Below, piece after piece: positions 35,901 through 45,047 of a stretch of 64,000 nt of DNA (positions are counted from its first letter, which is position 1; each line of letters opens with the position of its first letter). The position numbers were made by a program, and so were the translations under genes. Below the pieces are notes generated by a model. The model did no database searches, was not told the DNA's origin, and saw only the letters and a list, made by a program, of their open reading frames with translations. The stretch is from a bacterium (GTDB lineage: Bacteria; Myxococcota_A; UBA9160; UBA4427), in contig JANOFF010000112.1 in the NCBI GenBank assembly GCA_031413515.1, forward strand, positions 3,753 to 67,752. The letters are read 5' to 3'.

Positions 35901-35930
35901 TTGAATCGGCGCTGCGATCTCGTTTATAAC
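35901..35930 (+). promoter_or_regulatory. Candidate sigma-70 promoter TTGAAT-N18-TATAAC upstream of the helicase gene
   Basis: Read from the sequence. It is an AT-rich island in GC-rich DNA, and GGAG lies 5 nt before the GTG start at 35966. Confidence 0.4.
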
Positions 35931-35965
35931 CATAGGCTCCCCGAAACACGATCCGTGGAGTCGAC

Positions 35966-38113
35966 GTGCCGAATTCCGTCGTGGCCGAAGAGCTGGATCT
36001 GCTCGCGAAGGTGTCGGCTCGGCTGACCGACCGGCCCGAGGTCCGCACGGCTTCCGAGGAGCCGATCGTGCGCGAGCTCGAGCGGCTGCGCGCCGTGATC
36101 CTGTCCGGCGACGAGGCCAAGGACATCTCGGCGCTGAGCGAGCAGTATCACCATCAGTCGGCCGTGCTGAGTCAGCTGCGCAGCGCGGGCACGACGGCGG
36201 TGGTCGATCCGGGTTGCCCGTACTTCGCGCACCTGCGTCTGCGCGAGAAGGGCGGCGATCGCGACCTGTGTCTCGGTCGGGCGACCTGCATCGAGGCCGG
36301 CATGCGGATCGTCGACTGGCGCGACGCGCCGATCTCGAAAATCTTCTATGGCTACCGGCAGGGCGACCCGTACGACGAGGAGATCTCGGGCCGCGAGCGG
36401 ATCGGAGAAGTGCTCGCGCGGCGCATGGTGCGCATCCGCGGCGGCGTGCTCGAGCGCGTGCAGGCTCCGGAAGGAGACTTCCGTCTCGATCCCTCGGCGC
36501 CCGAAGGCTGGCGGCAGATCCTCGCGCCCGCGCCACGGCTCGCGGGCGGGCAGGGCACGGCGCTGCGGGCCTTCGGGCCGGACGAGGGGGTGTCGCGCCG
36601 TCTCGGAACCGATCTGAGCGAAGAGCTGAGCAAAGAGCTGAGCGCCGGTCCGCTCGACGGTCGCCGTGTCGATCTCGCCGGCGAGCCGATGCGGGTCGAC
36701 AAGCACCTTCCCGAGATCACGGCGCTGATCGATCCGAGTCAGTTCGAGCTGATCACCCACACGGCGCCGGGCTTCCTGGTGATCCGCGGGGTGGCGGGCT
36801 CGGGCAAGACCACGGTCGCGCTGCATCGGGTCGCCTATCTCGCTTTCGAGGATCCCGCGATCGACGGTCCCGACACGATGGTCGTGGTGTTCTCGCGCGC
36901 GCTGCAGAACTTCGTCGGACACGTGCTGCCCTCGCTCGGACTGCACCGGGTCCGCATCGTCACCTACCACGATTGGGTGCACGAGGAGCGGCGTCGCCAC
37001 TTTCCACAACTGCCGACGGGGCAACGAGCGGATACGCCTGCCTCGATCCAGCGCATCAAGCTGCATCCGCTGTGTAGCGTGGCGCTCGAGCTCCATTGCT
37101 CGCGCAGCGCGGGCGAGCCGACGTCGGCCCGGGCCCTGGATGACTGGGCGACCGTCCTGCGTGACGCCGATCTGCTCGCCGAGGCCTGTGCCCGGAGCAC
37201 ACCCGACGCCTTCACGAGCGACGAGCTGCGGCGCTTCGCCGATTGGCATCGCGTCCAGCTCGAGGACGTCTTCGCGAGGATGTCCGGGGATGAGGAAGCC
37301 CAGGCCGAACTCGATCCCGAGGACGACGCGCTGCTGTTGCGCGCCTGGCAGCTGCGGGTCGGTCCGCTGCTCGGTGCGGGACGCAAGCCGATCCGGATGC
37401 GTCATCTGGTGATCGACGAAGTGCAGGATTTCTCGCCCCTCGAGGTCCAGGTGCTGCTCGACTGCATGACACCGGAGGCCACCATCACACTGGCCGGCGA
37501 CACCCAGCAGCACCTGGTTCAGAACAGTGGATTCACGTCCTGGTCCGAGTTCTTTCGTCATCTGGGAATCGAGGGTCACGAGATCGAGACTCTGCGCGTC
37601 AGCTACCGCTCGTCGCGTCCGATCGTCGAGTTCTCGCGCGCGGTGCTCGAAGATCTGGTCGAGGACGTCGACGCGCCGGAGACGCCGCGTGAGGGCCCGC
37701 CCGTCGAACTGTTCCGGTTCACCGATCGGGGAGCTTGTGTCGCCTTCCTCGCCGATGCCCTGCGCGACCTGGCGCGCGAAGAGCCGCGGGCCTCGGTGGC
37801 GATCCTCACTCCGTCGCCGGCCATCAGCGAGGTGTACTTCACGGGTCTCGAGCGCTGCGAGCTGCCGCGGCTGCGCTGGGTACGCGATCAGGACTTCAGC
37901 TTCGCGGCCGGGGTCGAGGTCACGGAGATCGGCGAGGTGAAGGGACTCGAGTTCGACTACGTGATCCTGGTGGATGTGGACGCGGCGCAGTTTCCGGAGA
38001 CCGACTCGGCGCGACGCCTGCTGCATGTCGGCGCGAGCCGCGCGATCCATCAACTCTGGTTGACCAGCGTCGCGACGCCCTCGCCTCTGGTGGCCCGCTA
38101 CTGGCACGACTAG
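35966..38113 (+). CDS. helD: HelD-type (helicase IV-like) UvrD-family ATPase, RNA-polymerase-associated helicase family
   Basis: N-terminal ..RIVDWRDAPISKIFYGY.., Walker A ..GVAGSGKTTVALHR.., ..HLVIDEVQDFSPLE.., and C-terminal ..GLEFDYVILVDV... GTG start. Confidence 0.85.
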   Translation: MPNSVVAEELDLLAKVSARLTDRPEVRTASEEPIVRELERLRAVILSGDEAKDISALSEQYHHQSAVLSQLRSAGTTAVVDPGCPYFAHLRLREKGGDRDLCLGRATCIEAGMRIVDWRDAPISKIFYGYRQGDPYDEEISGRERIGEVLARRMVRIRGGVLERVQAPEGDFRLDPSAPEGWRQILAPAPRLAGGQGTALRAFGPDEGVSRRLGTDLSEELSKELSAGPLDGRRVDLAGEPMRVDKHLPEITALIDPSQFELITHTAPGFLVIRGVAGSGKTTVALHRVAYLAFEDPAIDGPDTMVVVFSRALQNFVGHVLPSLGLHRVRIVTYHDWVHEERRRHFPQLPTGQRADTPASIQRIKLHPLCSVALELHCSRSAGEPTSARALDDWATVLRDADLLAEACARSTPDAFTSDELRRFADWHRVQLEDVFARMSGDEEAQAELDPEDDALLLRAWQLRVGPLLGAGRKPIRMRHLVIDEVQDFSPLEVQVLLDCMTPEATITLAGDTQQHLVQNSGFTSWSEFFRHLGIEGHEIETLRVSYRSSRPIVEFSRAVLEDLVEDVDAPETPREGPPVELFRFTDRGACVAFLADALRDLAREEPRASVAILTPSPAISEVYFTGLERCELPRLRWVRDQDFSFAAGVEVTEIGEVKGLEFDYVILVDVDAAQFPETDSARRLLHVGASRAIHQLWLTSVATPSPLVARYWHD

Positions 38114-38243
38114 CCGGATCGCCTGACCGGCCAGCCGCGCGGGCGGGTTTCTGCTACCGATTCGCGGTGTTCGGGCCGATCCAGCAGTTTGTGGATGAGC
38201 TGTGCTGGAGTTCCGGCGTGCGAGGCGAAGGCGGGAGGGCGGG

Positions 38244-38504
38244 ATGGGATTCAAGAACGGCGACCGGGTCCGGATCCGGCAGACGGACAGCGAGTACACC
38301 GGCTGTCGCGGCACGGTGTGCGACGACGCGACGAGCACGCAGCAGGGCGTGCTGCCCCTCGGACACATGGTCGCGATCGACGCTGAGAACGGCGTGACCC
38401 GGCCCTTCCTGATCCAGCATCTCGAGCCGATCACACCGTTGCGCGTGGTTCGCAGCGGGTCTGCGACCGAAGCGGTTCCCCTGCGGGAGCCTGGCCGTCG
38501 CTAG
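38244..38504 (+). CDS. Small hypothetical protein with a KOW/SH3-like N-terminal motif
   Basis: MGFKNGDRVRIRQTDSEYTGCRGTV resembles the NusG KOW pattern G-D-x-V-x-I-...-G-x-x-G-x-V. GGGAGGG lies 4-5 nt upstream of ATG 38244. Confidence 0.45.
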   Translation: MGFKNGDRVRIRQTDSEYTGCRGTVCDDATSTQQGVLPLGHMVAIDAENGVTRPFLIQHLEPITPLRVVRSGSATEAVPLREPGRR

Positions 38505-38568
38505 GGACCGACGCGAAGAGTTCCAGGACTTCAGCTGGACAGGACGTTCTGCCGATCCACACCGGAAG

Positions 38569-38910
38569 ATGAAGACGAATCCCGGACTCGGCAGGAATCG
38601 GTGCGTAGGCTGGCTGGTCGCCGCGTGTGTGTTGTCGTTCGCGCTCGGTTGCTCGGTGATCGAAGAAGTCGACAAGCTCGGCAAGGATCCCAAGAAGTCG
38701 GCGAGCAAGCCCGCCGAGGGAGCAGACGCGGACGCTCCTGACGGGGCCGAGGGGGGCAGCAAGGCAAAGCTGCGCGCCTACTACAAGCGGAAATCGAAGT
38801 CGGTGGCGGAAGATCCCAAGAACCCGATCGTGAGCTGCCAGATCGCGGGCACGAAGACCTTCATGCGTCTCAGTGACTGCGAACTCCGCGGCGGCAAGGT
38901 TCCGAGCTGA
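38569..38910 (+). CDS. Small lipoprotein, function unknown
   Basis: Signal peptide with lipobox ..LSFALG/C.., a Lys/Ala/Asp-rich linker, and a C-terminal two-Cys module ..VSCQIAGTKTFMRLSDCELRGG... Confidence 0.55.
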   Translation: MKTNPGLGRNRCVGWLVAACVLSFALGCSVIEEVDKLGKDPKKSASKPAEGADADAPDGAEGGSKAKLRAYYKRKSKSVAEDPKNPIVSCQIAGTKTFMRLSDCELRGGKVPS

Positions 38911-38929
38911 GCGCGCTCGCGCAGTCGCT

Positions 38930-39673
38930 TCAGACCCGCCAATCGAAGCGCACCCGCCCGTCGAAGCGGTGCGGATTCATCTGGAAGCACACCAGGTCGC
39001 CGATGATCGGCGGGAAGCGCTTCGCCCTGGTGAGGGCCAGTTTGGCCTTCTCGGCGAGATCGCGCGTGAGCTGACTGATCGGTGTGCGTTCGGGCGCCGT
39101 GTCCTCTCCGGACCACTCGGCCCAGAGCATCAGATGGAGATCGAAGCAGGGCGCTGCCCCGAGCGCGCCCTTGAAGCACAGGCGGTCCAGGCGATCGAGC
39201 TGGGGGACGTGCCCGAGTTCGCACACGGAAGCGAGCAGTCGGAGCAGCATCGGATAGGCGGTGGTATCGATGCCCGACTGCACGACGCCGAGGATCGGTC
39301 GGCGCGCTGCCGTGCAGCTGATCGCGAGATAGTCGAGTCCCTCGAAGCCATCCGTCGCCGCCCGATCCGGGGGAACCGTCTCGATCCGCTCCGCGAGACA
39401 GGTGAAGGACGAGGAGTCGCGCACGACGAAGATGTCGCGCGACGGGTAGAACCAGCGGACGGCGTCACCGAGATCGTCCACGGGTGGCTTGCCCGGCCGC
39501 ACCCCGTAGCAGCCCCTGGCCGTGGCCGCGCAATCGGCGTGCGCTGCTTCGAGGTCTCCCGCGATCATCTGCGGATTCTGGAGCTGATCGATGCACTCGC
39601 GCAGCTGTTCATCGAACCCGAGGGAGCGCGCCCGGCGATAGGTTTCCCGCAACGACGAGGTGTCTCCGCTCAT
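38930..39673 (-). CDS. Hypothetical protein (247 aa, no signal peptide, Cys-rich), last gene of the pilus-associated operon
   Basis: Its ATG overlaps the stop of the upstream lipoprotein gene (ATGA at 39670-39673). No motif recognised. Confidence 0.5.
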   Translation of the reverse strand: MSGDTSSLRETYRRARSLGFDEQLRECIDQLQNPQMIAGDLEAAHADCAATARGCYGVRPGKPPVDDLGDAVRWFYPSRDIFVVRDSSSFTCLAERIETVPPDRAATDGFEGLDYLAISCTAARRPILGVVQSGIDTTAYPMLLRLLASVCELGHVPQLDRLDRLCFKGALGAAPCFDLHLMLWAEWSGEDTAPERTPISQLTRDLAEKAKLALTRAKRFPPIIGDLVCFQMNPHRFDGRVRFDWRV

Positions 39674-40665
39674 CGCGCAGAGGCTGGCCCGGGCGACGGA
39701 GCGCCACCCACTTCGACCTTCACCTGGAACAGTTGCCGCGAGTGACCGTCGTACGGATCACTGACTTCGAATGCGACCTGATGCGATCCGACGTTCCGGG
39801 CGGAGGGCTGCCAGACGAGCAGCCCCGATTCGGAATCGATCTGCATACCCGGTGGACCCTGCAAGAGCCGATAGCTGAGTCGATCGCCGGGGTCGCGGTC
39901 ATGCACCTTGGGCTCGTAGCGGAACACCCCGGAGGCATCCAGGCCGGGCGGCGACGAGACGATCTCGGGCGGCGAGTTGGCGATCTCGATGGCGGGGCTT
40001 TCGAGCGTCGATCCGTGGCTCTGTCCGTCGAAGGGTGTTGCGCGAACGTTGATGACGTCGCCGCGCGCGGCGCGGTCCTTCGCGAACACGTCCGTGCCCT
40101 CCTCGACGACCGAGCCGTTGATGATCCACTGATACTGGACGGACGCCTGGTTGCCGTCCTGGTCGGAGACCTCCGCGACGACACGCCAGTGGGGCGTGTT
40201 GCCCTGCCGGCCCTCGATCTCGACGGTTTCGATATCGAGTGCAGTCACGCGCGGCGCGCGATTTCCCGCCCGGAAGTGCTCGCTCCTCGCCTCGCTTTCG
40301 TCCTCGCCATCGTGCGCGACGACGGTGACGGTGATTCTGGCGTTGGTCGCATTGTCCGGCAGCGTGATCCGGGGCCCGGTCTCGAGCAGGCGTCGACTGT
40401 CGATCTGCCATGCATAGGTGAGCGTCACCGGATCGCCGTCGGGATCGCTGGCGGTCGCCACCGCCTGCACGGATTCGCCCGGTGCGGGTCGTTGCGGGAC
40501 GAAGTGCAGCGACGCGATCGACGGAGCCGTGTTGACATGGCTGGCGTCATGCTTCGTCACCATCGCCGTTCCGGGAGGCGCTTCGTCGGCTCCGCACGCA
40601 AGCACCAGCAAGCATGCGAGCACGAGTGCCTCGCGCAGAGTTCGGATTCCGTCGATCGCCCTCAT
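39670..40665 (-). CDS. Lipoprotein with repeated Ig/cadherin-like (He_PIG-type) domains
   Basis: Start at ATG 40665 (MRAIDGIRTLREALVLACLLVLA/CG lipobox). Repeated ..D(P/Q)DG(D/N)..(Y)(A/Q)W.. modules and a C-terminal ..LLQGPPGMQIDSESGLLVWQPSARNVGSHQVAFEVSD... Confidence 0.65.
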   Translation of the reverse strand: MRAIDGIRTLREALVLACLLVLACGADEAPPGTAMVTKHDASHVNTAPSIASLHFVPQRPAPGESVQAVATASDPDGDPVTLTYAWQIDSRRLLETGPRITLPDNATNARITVTVVAHDGEDESEARSEHFRAGNRAPRVTALDIETVEIEGRQGNTPHWRVVAEVSDQDGNQASVQYQWIINGSVVEEGTDVFAKDRAARGDVINVRATPFDGQSHGSTLESPAIEIANSPPEIVSSPPGLDASGVFRYEPKVHDRDPGDRLSYRLLQGPPGMQIDSESGLLVWQPSARNVGSHQVAFEVSDPYDGHSRQLFQVKVEVGGAPSPGPASAR

Positions 40666-40718
40666 CGATCTCTCCCGGAGTCGCCGTCCGCCCGGTCGGG
40701 TGTCGGCGATCGCTCGAT

Positions 40719-41075
40719 TCAGCGCGGCAGCTCGGACACGACTTTCACGGATTCGAGTTCGGGACCGGACGCCGTCGCGACACTCACGTATTCCACCACG
40801 GTCGCATCCGCCATGTCGAACATGTCCTGATGGACGTCGAAGATCTCGAACGTCTCGAAGGTCACGAGAGCCCCGGCCTTGTCCTTGAAGACGGTCTGCG
40901 GCGTGACGCGAAACGTCCGATTGCCGATCTCGAGCGTCGATTTGCCGAGATCCCGGGACATCACGATCCCCCAGCCACGATCCGTGTCGTCCGCCGCGGC
41001 AGTCGTTGCCAGCACCAGCGGCGCAAGGCCGATGATCAGGAGCAGAACGGCCGCCCATCGAGATTGTCGCTTCAT
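40719..41075 (-). CDS. Small secreted protein (PilY2-position gene), function unknown
   Basis: MKRQSRWAAVLLLIIGLAPLVLATTAAA signal peptide. GGAGA lies 6 nt upstream of ATG 41075. The gene directly follows the pilY1 stop. Confidence 0.55.
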   Translation of the reverse strand: MKRQSRWAAVLLLIIGLAPLVLATTAAADDTDRGWGIVMSRDLGKSTLEIGNRTFRVTPQTVFKDKAGALVTFETFEIFDVHQDMFDMADATVVEYVSVATASGPELESVKVVSELPR

Positions 41076-41086
41076 GGTCGTCTCCA

Positions 41087-44000
41087 TCATTGGACTTCAC
41101 GCCAGTACAGGAGCGTCTTGGCGCCAGCGGGGATGTTCGGTGCTTTGATGCTCTCGAGGTCCGCACCGCTCTTCTCGATGAACACCATGTTGTCCTTGCC
41201 GTCGACACCGACGGACACCTGCGGATCGGTCGGCATTCCCTCGCCGAGCGCCAGGGCGCGTTGCGGATTGCCGCCGGCGTCCTGGAAGTAGCCGTCCCCG
41301 CACGCGATGCCGAAGACGTACAGGGTGCCGATGCCTTTGGACGTGCAGGGGTCGCCGGTGTTGGCGGGTGTGAACGAGCCGATCAGGACGACGCCCGCGA
41401 AGATCTCGGTATTCGTGACGATCTTCTCACCATCCGCGAGCTTGAAGTAGTACCCCGAATTCACGATGGACGTGCAGCTGTTGTTGGCCGAGACGTCCGT
41501 CAGGTCGGCTTCGAGCAGCGTCGCGCGCGGGATGACCGCGGTCTCGAGCGGATCCGTGTCGCGGATCGCGTAGACACGATTGTTCTCGTCGGCGACCGCG
41601 ACGCCCGGGTACTTGATGTTGTTGCGCTCGCCGGTCCCGAAGCTGTACCAGAGCTGCTTGGCCTGGTAGGCGGCCGCGGGCGGGTAGTAGATGCTGTTGT
41701 AGTGATTCACGCCGGCGATGTTGGTCACCGGAGTCTGGAAGAACTTCTTGAAGATCCAGTTCGGCTGGCTGAAGTCGCCGAGCGTCGAGCCGTCGTTCAC
41801 GCGATCCTCACCGAGCGGCTTGATGACCCACTTCCACAGCTGTCCGCCGAGATCACCGATCAGGAGCTCGTCGGCGAATCCGTCGTTGTCGAGATCGAGC
41901 ACGGAGGGCGTCGACGGGATGGCGTAGAGCATCTGGCGCTGGGGATCGGTGAGCGGTCCGGTCGTGGTGAATCGCTTCATTGCGAGCACCTTGCCGGTCT
42001 TGATGTCCACCATCACGATCGAGCGACCCTCGATCGCCGACGCCGAGTAGGCGGCGGTGTCGTTCGGATCTCCGCTCGGCGCAAAGCCGCCGCCGATGAT
42101 CATCACCCAGCGTTCGAACCCCTTGCCGCTGTTGGTGTTGGCGCCGATCTTCACGCGCACGCGCGTGATCACGGGCTGCGACCAGCCCTCGCCGAGGTAG
42201 GGCAGGATCGAGCCCGCATTGGCGGTCGTGTTCGGATCGGCTTCGCTCGGGAAATCCCACACGTGGGCCGGGTATCCGGCCGCCGTCGGATCGGTGACGT
42301 CGAGGGCGAAGAAGCTCTTTCCGCCCTGACGCATGCCGCTGATGAGGTAGGTGCGCCATTCGCTGCCGTTCGACGCCTTGGTGGCCGTCGTCGTCGTGGG
42401 GTAGATCCAGACATCGGCGGCCTGGGGGGATCCGTCGACGTAGTAGGTCCGATTCGCGGGATCGTCGATCCGCAGGTTCTTGACGCTCTTGCGAGCCTGC
42501 CAGGGCATGAAGCCGAACAGCTCGGCGCCCGTGCCGCGGTTGTGGGCGGGCGGAGTCGCCGCGGCGTTCCAGGTCCCCGCGTCGAAGGCGTGGAGGAATC
42601 CGTCGTTGGCTCCGGCATAGATGATCCGCCGCCGACTGTTGTAGGTCGTCGCGAAGGCCGAGTACGAGACCTCGCCCTGCGCGGATCGCGGCAGTCCGAC
42701 CACGACCGGCGCCGAGTGGAAGATGTCGCCGAGCCTCCAGTCCCGAGGCACGCAGGTGACGTCGGCGTTGACGTTCGCCCCGGCCACTCCGGTTGCCCAT
42801 TCGCAACCCTGCACGTAGCTGACGATCTCGTTGCTGAGCCCCGTCGCATTCAGCGCACCGCTGCCGGGATAGATGGGGTTCGGCGCCGGTGCGGGCGCGG
42901 CCGTGAAGGCGGCCACCGCGAGGTCGGTGCTCGTGATCGTCGAGTCGAACGCAACCCGGTTGGTCACCGACCCCGTGAGCCGCGTCGTATAGAGATTGCG
43001 GACGCCCGGCAGCGGGACCTCTTCGCCCGCGTCCCAGTAGGGTTGTACGCCGGGCAGGAAGGGCCCGCTGTTGCACTCGCCGGTCGTCGGATCCTGGAGC
43101 GGGCAGGCACCCGTCTGGTCATAGATGTTGCCGGCCGCGTCGATCCCGAAGGCCCGCAGGTGACCCTGCCAGAACGGCGACTTGCCGGTGGGGAGGAAGT
43201 AGCTCGTATAGAAATCGCCACCCGCCGCGGTGCGGGTCGAGGGCACGGTGGCCGCGGTGAAGGACTGCGACTTCTCGATGATGTCGGTGATGGTCGCGAC
43301 GATCGCGGTGGTCAGTTCCTCCGCGTTGTTGCTGGTGAAGAAGGTGCCGTTTCCCTGCTGGGCGGTCTTCTGGAGCAGCGCGTTTGCAGCGCCGTTCGTC
43401 GTGAACCCGATCGTGTAGACGTCGATCAACTGGTCGCCGGTCATGTCCGGCCTGAAGTCCTTCGCGTGCATGAACTTGGCGATGTCGTCGAGGTAGAAGG
43501 CCTCTTCATCGGTCGTGCCGGGCACCTCGACCTGGCCGTCGGAATTGAAGTCTCCGATCAGGTTGCCGTAGTTGGTGAAGCCCATGGCCGTGCTCGACGG
43601 GCTGGCGTCGAAGTCGTCCTTGGTCGGCTCGCCGTCCGTGATCACGATGACGAAGTTCTTCTGGCAGCTGTAGCCGATGGGGCAGACCGGGACGCCGGGC
43701 GGGCCACCCGAATCGAAGTCACCCCCGACGCCGACCGTCGACGTGTTGTACTGGTAGATGGGCAGAGTTCCTGACGTGGCGCCGGGTGTCTGTTGGCCGG
43801 TCGAGCGCCCCATGAAGTACGTGTAGACCTGGAAGAGCGACTCTCCGAGCGGCGTCCAGGTGTCTGCGGTGGTGCCCGCGATAGCGCTCTCGAGTGCGAG
43901 GGCGTGGGTCGCGGTGTGGTCGTCGGCGCCGACCGTCACGAATCCACCGTTGGGATCGCTGGCGTCGCGGAAGACCGCGAGACCGAATCGGACTTCCTTG

Positions 44001-44527
44001 TTGGCGACGACCCGGCAGATCGTGTCTCGCACGACCTGCTTTGCCGCCGTCATGCGGTTGCGTCGATACTTCGCGTAGGTCGTCGGGGTGACACCGGCAC
44101 AGGCCCGGGTGCCATTGTTGGTGGCATTGATGTCGGCCATGTACGGGGTGGCGGCGTTGCTGAAGTACCAGTTCAGATAGTGGCCACTGAAACGGGTTCC
44201 CCCGACCGAGGTGGGGTCGTGATACAGCGTCCGTGTGTTGCCGCATCTCGTGCGGGAGATCGTGCTCGTGATCGTCTGGGTCGAGTCGTTGGCGTAGTAG
44301 GTGCAGCTCGGCGTGACCGTCGGGTTGTAGGCGGGATGCCAGACGATCTCGTTCATCGATCCCGAGTTGTCGAGCAGGATCAACACATTCGGTGGCACCG
44401 AAGTGGTGAAGAGGAAGAGATCCGCGTCGATGTCCGCACGCGTCGACTGGATCGGCAGCATCAGGCAGGCGAGGAACACCGCGAGATGGGCCGAACGGTC
44501 ACGAAGCAACTGGAGGGGGTTCTTCAT
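41087..44527 (-). CDS. pilY1: PilY1-like type IV pilus tip adhesin/biogenesis factor (vWA domain + C-terminal beta-propeller)
   Basis: Signal peptide, the vWA MIDAS ..VLILLDNSGSMNE.., and a PilY1-type Ca-binding-like loop ..DLDNDGFADELLIGD... Both the size (1146 aa) and the position after the minor pilins fit. Confidence 0.9.
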   Translation of the reverse strand: MKNPLQLLRDRSAHLAVFLACLMLPIQSTRADIDADLFLFTTSVPPNVLILLDNSGSMNEIVWHPAYNPTVTPSCTYYANDSTQTITSTISRTRCGNTRTLYHDPTSVGGTRFSGHYLNWYFSNAATPYMADINATNNGTRACAGVTPTTYAKYRRNRMTAAKQVVRDTICRVVANKEVRFGLAVFRDASDPNGGFVTVGADDHTATHALALESAIAGTTADTWTPLGESLFQVYTYFMGRSTGQQTPGATSGTLPIYQYNTSTVGVGGDFDSGGPPGVPVCPIGYSCQKNFVIVITDGEPTKDDFDASPSSTAMGFTNYGNLIGDFNSDGQVEVPGTTDEEAFYLDDIAKFMHAKDFRPDMTGDQLIDVYTIGFTTNGAANALLQKTAQQGNGTFFTSNNAEELTTAIVATITDIIEKSQSFTAATVPSTRTAAGGDFYTSYFLPTGKSPFWQGHLRAFGIDAAGNIYDQTGACPLQDPTTGECNSGPFLPGVQPYWDAGEEVPLPGVRNLYTTRLTGSVTNRVAFDSTITSTDLAVAAFTAAPAPAPNPIYPGSGALNATGLSNEIVSYVQGCEWATGVAGANVNADVTCVPRDWRLGDIFHSAPVVVGLPRSAQGEVSYSAFATTYNSRRRIIYAGANDGFLHAFDAGTWNAAATPPAHNRGTGAELFGFMPWQARKSVKNLRIDDPANRTYYVDGSPQAADVWIYPTTTTATKASNGSEWRTYLISGMRQGGKSFFALDVTDPTAAGYPAHVWDFPSEADPNTTANAGSILPYLGEGWSQPVITRVRVKIGANTNSGKGFERWVMIIGGGFAPSGDPNDTAAYSASAIEGRSIVMVDIKTGKVLAMKRFTTTGPLTDPQRQMLYAIPSTPSVLDLDNDGFADELLIGDLGGQLWKWVIKPLGEDRVNDGSTLGDFSQPNWIFKKFFQTPVTNIAGVNHYNSIYYPPAAAYQAKQLWYSFGTGERNNIKYPGVAVADENNRVYAIRDTDPLETAVIPRATLLEADLTDVSANNSCTSIVNSGYYFKLADGEKIVTNTEIFAGVVLIGSFTPANTGDPCTSKGIGTLYVFGIACGDGYFQDAGGNPQRALALGEGMPTDPQVSVGVDGKDNMVFIEKSGADLESIKAPNIPAGAKTLLYWREVQ

Positions 44528-44558
44528 CTGGATCTCCTGGATCGGTGGTGCGCCGGGA

Positions 44559-45047
44559 TCAGTTTCCTCGGAGCACGCCTGCTGCCACCTCGACCCGGCT
44601 CATGGAGCCGCCGGGTGCGGTGCCCTGCACGTTCATCTTCCAGTACTGGACCTGGTATCGCGGTCCACCGTTTCCGATGCGCAGATTCATTCCCGAAGCA
44701 CCGACCGCGCCGAGATCCTCGATCGGATTCGCGACCGAGACGTCGGGCCCGTAGGCCGGTTGGCCATTCGGATAGAGGCTCGTGTCACCGAGAGAGGCGA
44801 CGCTGATCACGGGCGTACCAGCGCCATTCAGATTGCCCATGACCGTCGCGAGTCCGGCTTCTGCCGCATGGAAGGCCACGCGGCTGCGGGTCTGGAAGCC
44901 CGAGATCTGCTGGTCGCTCATCACGGTCGCCAGCGTCGACATGCCGAGGAAGGCGAGGGCGATCAGCACGATCATCGTGATGATCAGGGCGGCGCCGCGT
45001 TCGCGTCGGGCCCGTCGAGGAGAGCGTCGAGGAGAGCGATGGTCCAT
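44559..45047 (-). CDS. pilX: PilX-like minor pilin (PilX_N domain)
   Basis: ..RERGAALIITMIVLIALAFLGMS.. is the PilX N-terminal signature. Its start overlaps the pilW stop by 1 nt (TGATG). Confidence 0.7.
   Translation of the reverse strand: MDHRSPRRSPRRARRERGAALIITMIVLIALAFLGMSTLATVMSDQQISGFQTRSRVAFHAAEAGLATVMGNLNGAGTPVISVASLGDTSLYPNGQPAYGPDVSVANPIEDLGAVGASGMNLRIGNGGPRYQVQYWKMNVQGTAPGGSMSRVEVAAGVLRGN

Noticed and set aside
32935-38113. Classifying MotA-like + ExbD-like + helicase as a Zorya system, or the helicase as Gabija GajB.
   Set aside because: No ZorC/ZorD/ZorE-like genes are present, no peptidoglycan-binding ZorB-type domain, and no long cytoplasmic tail on the MotA-like protein. 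No GajA ATPase/TOPRIM gene is present either. The helicase has HelD-specific N-terminal motifs and an apparent promoter of its own.
35924-38434. 836-aa minus-strand ORF.
   Set aside because: It is antisense to the HelD-type helicase, which carries Walker A/B and the DWR-AP motif. No motifs are present on the antisense product.
41090-43774. 894-aa plus-strand ORF.
   Set aside because: It is antisense to pilY1. The same reasoning applies to the other long shadow ORFs: 708..2414, 8707..10506, 10764..12233, 14362..16059, 14898..16181, 19324..21417, 19398..21239, 29680..31359, 34891..36126, 39484..40830, 43793..44806, 47978..49291, 49315..51126, 53914..55368, 55845..57107, 58701..60317, 61265..62413 and 62410..63261.
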